The position numbers and the translations under genes are program-made. A stretch of 63,647 bases of DNA, the filler included, from Octopus bimaculoides (Eukaryota), in NCBI RefSeq assembly GCF_001194135.2. It is 7 parts of 7 records of this genome, joined end to end, with 100 filler letters (N's around TTAATTAATTAA, not from the genome) between each part and the next. Parts side by side here need not be neighbours in the genome. Positions count along the whole stretch, not along the records: positions 1 to 20,207 come from NC_068999.1; positions 20,308 to 40,786 come from NC_068983.1; 5 more parts are not named here. One strand, written 5' to 3'. Position 1 is the first letter of the stretch; each line of letters starts with the position of its first letter. The notes beneath the pieces were generated by a model. That model was not told the origin of the DNA and searched no databases. It worked only from the letters and a program-made list of their open reading frames with translations. Positions 11,700-24,800 of this stretch are shown one piece after another.

Positions 11700-14600
11700 G
11701 AAGGCAAGCAAGTCAAAGCTTCGAAGTTACTGTTAACATCTTCCTTATTAAAGTTAATATGTACACTACTAAAACTCATAGAGTAATTCTTCAGTTTAAT
11801 GATAAAGTTTTAGTAGAGTATATATTCAGTAGAATAAGTATTTATTAACTTAATGCAAGGAAAATGTTGACAGTGACTTCGCAGTTTCAGTTAGCTTGAT
11901 TTCTCATTCACAAAAACACGTGAGTGTGTGTGTGTATGTTTGGAAGTATGTTTGTGATAAAGACTTGTATGACATGAGTACAACTCTAAGTCTTCGTAAT
12001 AAGTACCCACTAGGAAGCAGAAACGAAAATGACCAGCAATCACGTGAAACCGTAGGTATAGTCTCGTAGACTCAGAGATTAGTACTCGTATTGTACAAGA
12101 GTCTATTACTGTAATCCAATGATGCACAGACGTCTCTTCGAGATGACGTCCTTCGTAGTTCCATGTACTGAAAGACCTGTGGTGATGGAAGCGTGGTCAC
12201 GTGCAGACCTAACTAACTCGAAGCGTGCAGTAAGTTACAACATCCGTTTGTCACTTATGCTCCGAACCAGGCAGATCCGCAACGGGAGCGAATATTCGTG
12301 TGAATAGTCATGGATGGAAAGTCAGTAATGGCATTGACAAGTTTTAGGAGACCGAAACTGAGAACACATTTCAGCTAAATTACCTTGTGTATATCAGAAC
12401 GATATGAAGATTGTCAAGACGACTCACTGTCCTCAAAACACAGGTGCGTTGTATTCACCTTGACAAATTGTTCACTTGGACATTGATGATATATGTGTGT
12501 GTATCATATGTATATATATATATATATATATNNNNNNNNNNNNNNNNNNNNNNNNNNNNNNNNNNNNNNNNNNNNNNNNNNNNNNNNNNNNNNNNNNNNN
12601 NNNNNNNNNNNNNNNNNNNNNNNNNNNNNNNNNNNNNNNNNNNNNNNNNNNNNNNNNNNNNNNNNNNNNNNNNNNNNNNNNNNNNNNNNNNNNNNNNNNN
12701 NNNNNNNNNNNNNNNNNNNNNNNNNNNNNNNNNNNNNNNNNNNNNNNNNNNNNNNNNNNNNNNNNNNNNNNNNNNNNNNNNNNNNNNNNNNNNNNNNNNN
12801 NNNNNNNNNNNNNNNNNNNNNNNNNNNNNNNNNNNNNNNNNNNNNNTATGCACGTGTGTATGTATTTATGTATGTATATATTATATATATATATATATAT
12901 ATTACATCTGTGTCAAAATTGTATTTTCAGGAGACAATATGTAGTTTCAAACATTTTTATGTTTATATATATTTTATATTATAAGCATAGCTTTTTGTAT
13001 ACTTTTGTAATTCTATTGTTTGTTCTTTATTTGCTAAGATGCGATTCTCGTCCTCTTTTTCACCCCGTTCTTTATTTCTATTCTTTATTTTATTTTTTTT
13101 ATTTTCCTTCTCTTACTTTTCCTTGCCAAGGTAAAATTTATTATTTTGAGTTTCAACTCTATCATCGTCTCCGCCTTCATCCCCAACACCAACTCCAACA
13201 CCACCACTATCAACATTACCAACGCTGACATCGGTACGACGATGAATGAATGACGAGATTAGAAGGGGGTGGTTCGAAAGAAGCGGAAAGAAAAGTGTAT
13301 GTGTGGGTGTGTGGGTAGTGTTGTGTTAGTGTGGCTGTTGTGTTCACGTATTCGGTATTTGGTGCAAAGGTGTCCATTTACACCTGTAACTACCAATCAA
13401 GTTAATGTCACACTTTCATGACATCCTGTCTCTCTTACAGAAATTTTGTTTGTTTTTTAATGGCGGATTTTAAAAATGCGAGTTAACTGTGAGTAGAGCT
13501 GAAATGGTGAATTGTCGAGAATTACTTACTTCTCGACCTAACCGTAACTAAACATTAACTATAATTGATCGAATAAGCCACTTAAGGGAGGATATATTAT
13601 CCAGAACGTGGAGTATATCCAAAGGTATCTGATCAGCGGTTTCCTTAAATATAAGCGTTGTCAGAATTGTTAGACTGTTCGATAGAGTGTCGTGCAGTCT
13701 TCGTTCTCTGCACTTGCAACTGAAATTCAGCAGAGGTTAAATTGGCCGTTCATCCTTTCTTGGACTAACAAGTGCAGAGTTTGGCTATTGTTTCTCTTCT
13801 ATCCCTCTCCCTCCCCATCTCTTTTTTCTCTCGAACTCTCTGTCTTTCTCGCGTTTTCTCAGTTCAGATTAAGAGAGGGATAAAATCATATATATGTAAT
13901 GTAAAGTAATGTATGTATGTATGTATGTATGTATGTATGTATGTATATGTGTATATATATATATATATNNNNNNNNNNNNNNNNNNNNNNNNNNNNNNNN
14001 NNNNNNNNNNNNNNNNNNNNNNNNNNNNNNNNNNNNNNNNNNNNNNNNNNNNNNNNNNNNNNNNNNNNNNNNNNNNNNNNNNNNNNNNNNNNNNNNNNNN
14101 NNNNNNNNNNNNNNNNNNNNNNNNNNNNNNNNNNNNNNNNNNNNNNNNNNNNNNNNNNNNNNNNNNNNNNNNNNNNNNNNNNNNNNNNNNNNNNNNNNNN
14201 NNNNNNNNNNNNNNNNNNNNNNNNNNNNNNNNNNNNNNNNNNNNNNNNNNNNNNNNNNNNNNNNNNNNNNNNNNNNNNNNNNNNNNNNNNNNNNNNNNNN
14301 NNNNNNNNNNNNNNNNNNNNNNNNNNNNNNNNNNNNNNNNNNNNNNNNNNNNNNNNNNNNNNNNNNNNNNNNNNNNNNNNNNNNNNNNNNNNNNNNNNNN
14401 NNNNNNNNNNNNNNNNNNNNNNNNNNNNNNNNNNNNNNNNNNNNNNNNNNNNNNNNNNNNNNNNNNNNNNNNNNNNNNNNNNNNNNNNNNNNNNNNNNNN
14501 NNNNNNNNNNNNNNNNNNNNNNNNNNNNNNNNNNNNNNNNNNNNNNNNNNNNNNNNNNNNNNNNNNNNNNNNNNNNNNNNNNNNNNNNNNNNNNNNNNNN

Positions 14601-15575
14601 NNNNNNNNNNNNNNNNNNNNNNNNNNNNNNNNNNNNNNNNNNNNNNNNNNNNNNNNNNNNNNNNNNNNNNNNNNNNNNNNNNNNNNNNNNNNNNNNNNNN
14701 NNNNNNNNNNNNNNNNNNNNNNNNNNNNNNNNNNNNNNNNNNNNNNNNNNNNNNNNNNNNNNNNNNNNNNNNNNNNNNNNNNNNNNNNNNNNNNNNNNNN
14801 NNNNNNNNNNNNNNNNNNNNNNNNNNNNNNNNNNNNNNNNNNNNNNNNNNNNNNNNNNNNNNNNNNNNNNNTATATATTATGTATGCGCGCATGTGTATA
14901 TGTATACTTAAAAATGATGTAATCAGAATAATAATATTTATTTTAAGCATGTTTTCCGATGTTTCGTGCATTTTCAGGAGAGACATTTATTAAAGTATAA
15001 ATAATGTCGATAGATACAGTATTAGTACCCTCCGAACGGCATTCTGCAAACTACTGAGGTGTTTCCAGCAGTATTCAATAGGGTTTATTTAAAGTAATGT
15101 TGCAACTATATCTGTCAAGCTCTAAGAAATATAAGGTGGCAGGTCAGGTTATCTGATGTGTACTAATGATTTACAAAAGTTTCAAGGACCAGGGACAGCT
15201 ATAACAGCCTCTTCTAAAAAAAAGTCTCTAATATATATATANNNNNNNNNNNNNNNNNNNNNNNNNNNNNNNNNNNNNNNNNNNNNNNNNNNNNNNNNNN
15301 NNNNNNNNNNNNNNNNNNNNNNNNNNNNNNNNNNNNNNNNNNNNNNNNNNNNNNNNNNNNNNNNNNNNNNNNNNNNNNNNNNNNNNNNNNNNNNNNNNNN
15401 NNNNNNNNNNNNNNNNNNNNNNNNNNNNNNNNNNNNNNNNNNNNNNNNNNNNNNNNNNNNNNNNNNNNNNNNNNNNNNNNNNNNNNNNNNNNNNNNNNNN
15501 NNNNNNNNNNNNNNNNNNNNNNNNNNNNNNNNNNCGTATATCCCACCAGCCTGTAGAGACAGGTTCGCGAATCAA

Positions 15576-15663
15576 AATAAAGCATCATCAACTCTCCCTA
15601 AATTTCTTTGTCTCTCTTTGTCTCTCTCTCTCTCTCTCTATCTCTTTCATTCTCTTTCTCTCA

Positions 15664-15698
<35 letters not shown>

Positions 15699-15741
15699 TC
15701 TTCGCCACTGCTCTTACCATTTATATGCCTAGTATTACTCT
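15576..15741. repeat. Short dispersed element with internal (CT)n(CA)n, copy 2
   Basis: Shares both flanking blocks with 5479-5635. Confidence 0.65.
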
Positions 15742-16149
15742 AATGCCAGCTCGAGGAATAGTAGAAACACTGAACTAGACTGATGTCACGAAACTTTCTG
15801 GTATCGCTCTTGATAGCAACTTAACTAAGTAATCGATTGTTTTATTTATCAATCGGTTTGCCAAAGTTTGCTCTTCGCCTACTTTTCAATGACATGTCCT
15901 CCCCAATCAAGGATAGTTTCATCACTGTCCAAACGAACTGACGAGTTATAAAGAAGTGAATTTGGACCAATGCTCGTCTTTATTATCGGCATAACGATCC
16001 TTACGAGATAGAACAAAAATTGTTCAAACACACGGGTTCACATCAAGAATTTCGCAAAGGAAATACTGTAATGAACTATTATCTTAAATCAAGTTTAAGG
16101 CGACAACACAGATTTTATCATATATTCACATAAATTAATATGCATCATT

Positions 16150-16285
16150 TATGTTTTACTTCCTTCAGTCATCAGACGGCAGCTATGCTAGGGCATCGCC
16201 TTGAACAGATCAGTCGAACAAATCTACTCCAGTACTTTCTTCTTCCTAAACCCGGTACTTATTATATCGGTCACTTTTTGCCAAA
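16150..16285 (-). mobile_element. SINE family B 3' fragment
   Basis: ttttactt..ttcagtcat..gacggcagctatgctagggcatcgcc matches the reverse complement of the family-B tail. Confidence 0.65.
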
Positions 16286-16299
16286 CTACAACGTACGTA

Positions 16300-16560
16300 T
16301 TCGGCTCACAGTCGTAAGGACGTGAATTCAATTCCCAGCGACGCGTTGTGTTCTTCAGCAAGATACTTTATTTCACGTTGCTCCAGTCCACTCAGCTGGC
16401 AAAAATGAGTAGGCCAGCCTCGTTACACTCTGTGTCACGCTGAATCTCCCTGAGAGCTACATTAAAGGTTCACGTGTCTAGGGTGCGCTCAACCACATGC
16501 AGGTTAATTTCACGAGCAGGCTGTTTCCTCATCGTCATAACCGACGGAGTGCCAGTGCCA
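16300..16560 (+). mobile_element. CORE-like SINE with family-C tail (5' degraded)
   Basis: agcaagatactttatttcacgttgctccagtccactcagctggcaaaaatgag followed by tgtcacgctgaatctccctgaga...ttaatttcacgagcaggctg...gacggagtgcca. Confidence 0.8.
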
Positions 16561-16596
16561 TTGATTAATATAATATATATGTATATAAACATTTCT

Positions 16597-16772
16597 AGGC
16601 ACAGGAGTGGGTGTGCGATAAATAACTTGCTTACCAACCACATGGTTCCGGGTTCATTCCCACTGTGTGGTACTATGGGCAAGTCTTCTACTATAGCCTC
16701 TGGCCGACCAAAGCCTTGTGAGTGGATTTGGTAGACGGAAACTGAAAGAAGCCCGTCGTATATATGTATGTA

Positions 16773-16819
<47 letters not shown>

Positions 16820-17073
16820 ATATGTTTGTGTGTGTGTGTTTGTCGCCCCAACATCGCTTGACAACCGTTGGTAGTGCATTTACGTCCCCTGTAACTAAGC
16901 GGTTCGGCAGAAGAGACCGATAGAATAAGTACTAGGCTTCCAAAGAATAAGTCCTGGGGTCGATTTGCTCAACTAAAGGTGGTNNNNNNNNNNTGGGGTC
17001 GATTTGCTCAACTAAAGGTGGTGCTCCAGCATGGCCGCAGTCAGATGACTGAAACAAGTAAAAGAGTAAAAGA
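16597..17073 (+). mobile_element. SINE family B (tRNA head, internal microsatellite, 3' tail)
   Basis: Head accaaccacatggttccgggttcattcccactg, then internal (TA)n(TG)n, then tail ggtgctccagcatggccgcagtc..gaaacaagtaaaagagtaaaagag. There is a 10-N gap inside. Confidence 0.9.
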
Positions 17074-17119
17074 GTATATAGATAGATAGATGTAGATATG
17101 CATAGATATATATACATAT

Positions 17120-17280
17120 AGAAGTTCCTTTCAGTTTCCATCTACCATATTCACACAGAAGTCTTTGATCGGTCCAAAGCGTTAAAAGAAAAGTCATGCC
17201 CCAAAGTGCGGCATAGTGGGACTGAACCTAAATTCATGCAGTTGGGAAACAAACTTCTTACCACACAACAATGTCTGCAT
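17120..17280 (-). mobile_element. SINE family B head fragment
   Basis: tttcagtttccatctacca..cacagaagtctttgatcgg..agtgggactgaacc..ttcttaccacac. Confidence 0.7.
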
Positions 17281-17836
17281 CTACGGGTATATGTATATGC
17301 ATGTAAATACGCAAGTTTGCAAGAACGTGAGGACGGATATATAGCTAAAAATGTTTTCTGAAATTTTTACAATTTCATAATCCCAAATGCGGTAGTGATC
17401 CCTGCTGGGTATATAAAACATATTAGCTGACACTTTCGTTACAACTTCACCCAAACCTGCATTCCAAAACTAGCACCGACACCCTAAATCCATGTTTTAC
17501 CTGCTTTTAAATTTATATGTCTGTAGACCTACAGGTTTCAAGGGTTCGCAAAATGGTGTTTAGTGCAGCGCACTTCATCCACGTAGGGTACACTTGGGCG
17601 TAAAATATACGACTGAACTTTATACAGTTTTACGCACAAATATGTGAATACGATGTATAGATATATGTAGACTATTAAAGAAGGTAGAAATATGTGCGCG
17701 CGCGTGTGTGTATGTATGCGGTTACTGGTGGCGCGCGCGTATGTATGTGCACAAGCGCAATCATGAACACACACAAACACGAACACACACTTTCTCTCAC
17801 TCTCGCTCTCTCTCACACACACTTTCTTTCCCTCTT

Positions 17837-17880
<44 letters not shown>

Positions 17881-18007
17881 AAACACCCGCGCGTGCATCA
17901 ATACAAATACATACACACGCGAAAGGATATAAAAGTGTATGTGTGTGTAAGTACTTGTGAGTGTGTGTGTGTGTGTATGCGTATATGTATATGCATGTAA
18001 GCATTTG

Positions 18008-18050
<43 letters not shown>

Positions 18051-18241
18051 AGTATGTAAATACGAGTGCGTGAGCATTTATGTATGTATCAATATGTTTG
18101 TATTTTTATACTTAGGCATGTATACATATGTAAGCACATATAAATTTATTTGCGTGCGTATATGTATGTATGTATGTATGTATGTGTGAATATGATTATT
18201 TCTTGTTTTCTTGTGTAAGTGTATATGCGTATGTACTTATG

Positions 18242-18296
<55 letters not shown>

Positions 18297-18624
18297 ATGT
18301 GTGTGTATGTATATGTTGGTATGGATGTGTGTGTGTGTGCGCGCGCGTGTTCCTGTGTGCGTATGTATCTATAAGTTCCTGCGTGCTCACAATTACAAAA
18401 TATAGACGTACCTTTCTTCATAATTGCTTATGTATAACACTATAAAATGAATGCACATCTGTGTGAATATAATTTTGGTGCATAGAAGTATGTGCGTATA
18501 ACATAGAAGGTATATCTATATAACTTTTTTTATATATATATNNNNNNNNNNATATGTATGTATGTATGTATGTATGAAAACAACCACCATTATATACTTT
18601 TAGAGTTTTTTATTTTGTTTGGTG

Positions 18625-18667
<43 letters not shown>

Positions 18668-18677
18668 NNNNNNNNNN

Positions 18678-18718
<41 letters not shown>

Positions 18719-18929
18719 TGTTCAGTTTTTGTGTTTATGTGAATGTGCAATTATATAGATGTATAAATTCTATTATGGTGTTTATTATTTTTGTTCCTTG
18801 TTAACATTATTCATTAATTATTATTCATTATTCATTTTGTTTTAAGTCCTATATATTTCCAGTGGATCAGTCTCGTTTCCTATACTTACATGGTTTTGCA
18901 TTTTCCATCTCTATTTTATATCTTTCTTT

Positions 18930-19390
18930 CGAACTTGACATCGTTTCTGTAATCCATTTGGTCTTTACCTTAATATCGGTCCTGCAATTGGCAAGTCCTG
19001 TTTTGTTATAGTGTGATGGCATTTCGAAATGTCTCTCTTTTTCATTTTAATTATATCCTCCTAATTGGGTAGCCTCATGAAGATACTATATTTTTCAGTT
19101 AAGCAGAATTCGCACACATTTTCTCCATTTATATTTTGTCATGGACTTTAAAGATATACCTTTACATATCAATGTCTTTCCACCGTTCAAACCTTACTTT
19201 TTTACCCGTCATACGTACATGGATAAAACATCATCTACGACATTTAGGCCTAAGCATGCTATGCAATATAGAGATCTTGGTTATTTATCTTTGAAGGTAA
19301 TATCATCCAACGTTTTGTTCGCTTGGAAGAGCCTGCGTTTAATGTTGAAGTGTCAACTGCAATAAATGTAAAATATAACTAAATCCTTCA
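18930..19390 (-). mobile_element. Penelope-like GIY-YIG C-terminal relic (heavily decayed)
   Basis: Minus strand encodes NVCEFCLTEKYSIF followed by a decayed KR.ISKCHH-like segment, the usual Penelope C-terminal pattern (CxLCLxEK..LNKRxE..SKCRH). Confidence 0.65.
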
Positions 19391-19399
19391 ATATTTAAT

Positions 19400-19830
19400 T
19401 ATTACAAAAGCTTTCTGTGAGTCAAATAACATGATGCAGAAAAGGCATGGAATGTTTTTACATACAAAGACAGCAAAGCTTCGTAATATTTCAATTTATT
19501 TCAGTTTTGATGATATGGAAAATATTCCATCAGCATTGCCCAAATGATGTTGGCATTGTTTTTAAGATACACCCAAGACTTGGACCCCGTGCTATCCGCC
19601 CACAACTTAAATCATACTCGCATCACATAACAACAATACGACACAACTATTTCACCTCAATTGGCTCCACTCTCTTTAACATTACACCAAAACACATTAA
19701 AGCAGAAACAGACCCCATAATGTTCAAGAAGTCTTTGGACAAATTCCTTTAAAAAGTCCCGGATAAACCTCCTACACCCGAATATGTCTCCGAAAACAAT
19801 AACTCTCCACTCGAGTGAGCCATGTAGACC
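19400..19830 (+). mobile_element. CR1/L2 (Jockey-group)-like LINE, ORF2 3' end
   Basis: IWKIFHQHCPN..HPRLG..TIRHNYFTSIGSTLFNITPKHIK..FKKSLDKFL*KVPDKP. Confidence 0.8.
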
Positions 19831-19879
19831 GATTCCTGATTTGAATGACTTTGCCAGGTCGATCCCCGGAACTTATTTT

Positions 19880-20195
19880 TAAGCCTAGTACTTATTCTTT
19901 TTTGCGGGCCGCCAAGTTACGGTGACGTAAACACACAAACACTGGTTGTCAAGCTGTGATGTGAGAGGGGTCAATAAACACCGACAAAAAGGCACTCCCA
20001 CACACACACGCACATATATATATATATATGTATGTATGTATGTATGTTTGTATGTATGTATGTGTGTATATGTTTGTGTATGTCTGTTTGTTCCCCCAAC
20101 ATTGCTTGACAACCGATGCTGGTGTCTTTTTACGTCACCGTAACTTAGCGGTGCTCCAGCATGGCTGAAGTCAAATGACTGAAACAATTAAAAGA
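19880..20195. mobile_element. Two SINE family B 3' halves in inverted orientation around a shared microsatellite
   Basis: About 19880-19985 is minus-oriented and about 20083-20195 is plus-oriented; both carry gtcaccgtaactt.gcgg. Confidence 0.8.
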
Positions 20196-20207
20196 ATATA
20201 TATATAT

Positions 20208-20307
20208 NNNNNNNNNNNNNNNNNNNNNNNNNNNNNNNNNNNNNNNNNNNNTTAATTAATTAANNNNNNNNNNNNNNNNNNNNNNNNNNNNNNNNNNNNN
20301 NNNNNNN
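20208..20307. other. Assembly spacer: 44 N + TTAATTAATTAA + 44 N (also centred at 40831, 49258, 52774, 59057, 62053)
   Basis: The same 12-mer (stop codons in all six frames) sits in the middle of six 100-bp gaps. Confidence 0.95.
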
Positions 20308-21084
20308 ATATATATATATATATATATATACGTATACTTGAGAATATTAGCGTGTGAGTTGTTGTTTTATGATATTCCGACAAAATTTCTCCAAATCGTC
20401 AATGCGGTATTAAGGAAATATCTATATTTAAGAAATGTCTGTGGAAAAGTAGGATAAGAGAATATAAAATAATGCATGGACAAATGCAAATGTAACACAT
20501 ACACAGAATGTAAGTGTCGAAAGGAATTGGTTGCTGTATATGAAGTTCAAATAAAAACATTAGCATATAGTAATCATTCTGGAACTGGAAAATAAACCAA
20601 ATTTCTGCGAAACATAAATATAAATCATAAATGTAAGCTAGTAATAGGTGTCCAAAAAACGTTTTCGTCTTAATGATCTGTACTCATGTAACACCACCTT
20701 AAAAGATGTAATCATGATAATATTACCTAACACCAGATATTTTTCATGTTTATACGTCTACTCATTTCACCGTTGTACATGCAGAATTATTGTTTTCTCC
20801 ATCATCATTATTCATATACATCATGTTTGCAGTTTGCTACACTTTTCAAAATTAGCGATTTAGATTTTTACTTAACTTCACGCGCTGAATGTATGTACCT
20901 ATTCCTTCACTTCATTATATGTAAGATTACTTGAATTTTATGCATACGTACATAATACACAAATACATACATACATACATACATACATACATACATACAT
21001 ACATACATACATACATACATACATACATACTCGGAAACTGAATGAAGACTGTCGTATATATGTGTATATTTGCGTATGTGGGTG

Positions 21085-21285
21085 CGTGTGTCTTGTGTTT
21101 GTACCCCACAAATACTTGACAACTGATATTGCTGTATTTACATTCCAGTAATTTAATGATTTGGTGAAAGACACTGACAGAATGAGTACTAGGCTTACAA
21201 AGAATAAATTCTGTGGTTGATTTCTTCGACCAACGGCGGTGCACTTGCATGGCCACAGTCACGTGAATGAAACAAGTAAAACAAC
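21085..21285 (+). mobile_element. SINE family B 3' half (diverged)
   Basis: cttgacaac..agtactaggcttacaaagaataa..ggcggtgcacttgcatggccacagtc..gaaacaagtaaaa. Confidence 0.75.
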
Positions 21286-21645
21286 AAAAAAGCTATGCCC
21301 TTTTAATCCCGAACAAGACGGGTATCTCTGTAAGTTATATGTGATATCTGTATATTTGCGTATTGAAGGAGTTCCTAATGAGTGCGTGTGCCTCCTATGA
21401 TGTATATATCTAATGTTCACGCTCCTCCTTGAAATGTTTCATTGTAAAAATTCCTTCCACTTGCAAGGAGAGAAATCACAGGTGCATGTATATGTGTGGA
21501 TATGTATGCATTTTGAATGTGCCTTCCCATTAAATCTAGTTGCATCAGTCCCAGCTTCAAACTTTGAAACGAAACATATCTAATTCAATGCTTCCCGATG
21601 GAAATAATAACTCAAGTTCATCAAATAACTATGCTTGCAGAATAG

Positions 21646-21877
21646 GGTGGTGTGTTGGAAAATCGTTAGCACGCCGGGCGAAATGCTTAGCGGTATTTCG
21701 TCTGCCGTTACCTTCTGAGTACAAATCCCGCCGAGGTCGACTTTGCCTTTCATTCATTCGGGGTAGATTAATTAAGTACCAGTTACGCACTGGGGTCGAT
21801 GTAATCGATTTAATCCCTTTATCTGTCCCTGTTTGTTCCCTCTATGTTTAGCCCCTTTTGGGCAATAAGAAATTAAC
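21646..21877 (+). mobile_element. SINE family A, tail type 1
   Basis: cgttagcacgccgggcgaaatgcttagcggtatttcgtc..gaggtcgactttgcctttc..ttaatccctttatctgtccctgtttgttccctctatgtttagcccc. Confidence 0.9.
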
Positions 21878-24800
21878 ATGTTTGCAGAAAAAGTTTTGAA
21901 TATTGTTGGGAAATAAACTGCATTATTATTCGTGCAGAAATATTTAATTAATACTTTTATGTATTTGTTTTGTGGAATACTTGATTACTTGGTGTGAATT
22001 CGTGCGTTAATACAAACATTGTTATACTACAGAGTAGTCATAGTTTTTCCCTAAATAATCACTCGCACTATTAAACTAATATATAAATTTCGATGTGAAG
22101 CATAATGTTTATTTTTTTAACGAAAAATTCTTCGGGGATATGTGAAATTGAGAAAAATTATAACTAGTAGCGTAGTTAATAATATACCTATCACTCTTGA
22201 TAGGCTGAACTTAGTACTAGAGCTGCTAGGAAAATGAATTGGAAATGACAATGGACTCGGCTATCGATGCCAATGTGACTCACCTGGTTGGCATATATCT
22301 ACTGAGAGAGCTTTGTAAATATTTTCTTACGTTGCAGTGAGGTTGATAATGGGATGAGGTTCGCGTGACAGTTTATAATAAACTTCATCGTCAACTAGAA
22401 GAATTTGGAAATACACTGATATATTCGTCCGAAATTTCCATTTATCCATCACGTTCGGAGAGGAATAAACTCAGTTCATTTCCTGGATTTAACCTTAAAA
22501 CCTGACTCTAACACCTATTGCCTGTTCAAGAAGTCGAATGAAAATTTACATTACAAACAAAGATTATCAAATCGTTCAAATTCAATTAAGAATAATTTCC
22601 TGAAGAATATTTTCTCAGGGAATTTTATGTCCATGAAAAATATTTAGGAATACTGAATATTCCTAACAAAACATATTAGATGCAAAGAAAAAGTTTCATA
22701 ATACGGAAATACTGATAACAAATTTGCACTCAAGTATAGAAATATGAGGTATTCAAAGAATACTATGGATAAGTTATATAGGAAGGTGATCAATTCATGC
22801 ATTAATGATCGACAATCATCCAATGAAGCCAACAACAATTAGCATTGTCTGTGTCACAGTGAATATTACTGCAGTTAATAAGAATAGAAGGATAGATTAG
22901 GATGGAATTAGTAGATTAAAAGCTCCCTCGCTAAAGGTGTTCATCGTAAATTTGGTATTACTGCTATGAAATATAACTTTGGGAATTATACACATTTTTA
23001 TATTGGGGAAAATGTAGGAAGATCGAAATATATTGGTATATTCCCTTTCTTTAAAAAAAAATATATAAGGGATTACATTCAAATATGTGTTTTCCCAAGT
23101 ACTGAAAACGAACATCCATCCTAAGCAAATTTGGCATATAATGTTTAATAAGTAAACCAACAGACACTCATTTTCAACTAAAAATGGAAATGTACATCAT
23201 CATTGACAGAATATAATTTTTGCTTAGAAATGAAAGATAAATTATATTGATTGGCCAACTATAGCTGCAGTTGAGTTTCACAAATGCAATAGACTACTCT
23301 GTATACACCGATTACCAGAGGTCCTGGAAATCTTATTAGCTTTCATTGAGAATTTACTGAGGAAAGAATACAGATTAGTCGTAAATTGTTATTATAAATT
23401 AAAATTATCGTTTCAAAATATCATACAGAAAATTATTAAAATATCTTATTTCATATGGGTGCAATTGCCTTCCCCTCCTGTTCTTCTCTGTCGTTTATTG
23501 GTCTCTCAATCACATTTCTTCTTGCTCCACACTTATGTACTAATAAAATCCGAAAAGAAGTACATGCTTCAGTAAAGTCATACCATATGTACACGTAATG
23601 TGAAGTTTACAGCATACCATTTATATGCTCATTTGTTCTTATTTTGAAAAGCATTCGGATAAAGCATTTACTTTTTCATAACACTTACATTATCGCATAA
23701 AATACAGAATTCAGCTGAACGTCACATATAATACGTTAACCTCAGAAGATACTATTTATTTATGACACCTACTCCAATTGTCTTTATTATAACTTTGTAT
23801 CTTGGCATTAACAGTGAACATTTCGTGTCTACTTTGTACTCAGTGACACACCCCACCTGCCAAATGTAAATAATTCCGGATGCTGTATTTGGACTCACAT
23901 GTAAAATAAGAATTCATGAATCTGAAATGTGTTTAATAATTTAAACAACTCAGCATTGTATTTTCATAAACTTCTCTTTAATTTGGTTTCATACTTTGCT
24001 AAGACCCTTCTTCGGCATGCTAACGATTCTGATGGCTCGCTGCCTTAATGTAGCATACAATCATTAATAGATGTATCAATACATTTAAAAGCACGAGACT
24101 TCGCATGCATTAACTTAGATTCATTTCTACATATAAGAATCTCTGAGTACTGAATGGAGTAGTAATGTGGTATCACATAAACTGAAGAATCTCTGTATGA
24201 CACCTACTTCCGTTTTAGCAATGGAATAGGCTTTCAGCAGGGAAGTCATTATTGACGAAAACTTGAATTATCTTCCATGTGATAATTATTTCCCTTATTT
24301 ACTCATATATGAGGTCAGAGCCCGGTAAACTTTATTGCTGTTTTCATTCCTTGTTCATGAATGGTGCATATGATGCGTTCTTTAAGCTTTTCAGAACTTT
24401 GGCACATGTAAACGAGCTTTCGAAAATGAATGATGAGAAGGTAACTCAAGGTTCTAAGAAAAAAAACCTAGGTATCCAGCAACTGATCTATGTTGCCTTA
24501 TTTCGTCTGATTTTGCAACGATCTCTCCCTTATTTATATGCATATAATTGATAGTTCACACTGTCACATTTGAAACAGGATGTATTTATATCAACATTTT
24601 TGAAATAGCCAATCATTATTCAAGCGGTGGGAAGTCTATCAGGTTCAAGGGACTTGTGTAAAACCACTAAGGCTTTTGGAAATTTATAGAAATGCCCAAT
24701 TTAAGTTTATACATGTTATCTGGATCTGAGAACGTCTTTATGACATTTTACGTATATAGCAGTCATACTCTGGAGGTATTCATTTCAATGCGAACACCTG

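Noticed and set aside
11960-12470. GC-richer non-repetitive island with a 42-nt phase-1 exon-like stretch
   Set aside because: Splice sites are weak, no frame is sustained and no protein motif is recognisable.
16955-17022. 29-bp direct repeat flanking a 10-N gap
   Set aside because: This is typical of unmerged overlapping contig ends inside one SINE.
20252-20263. TTAATTAATTAA palindrome repeated six times, resembling a regularly placed motif
   Set aside because: It is always centred in a 100-bp N spacer and has stops in all six frames, so it is an assembly linker rather than biology.
22284-22400. Minus-strand strong donor (CCAG|GTGAGT) with a possible exon
   Set aside because: All frames from the nearest acceptor contain stops and no partner exons were found.
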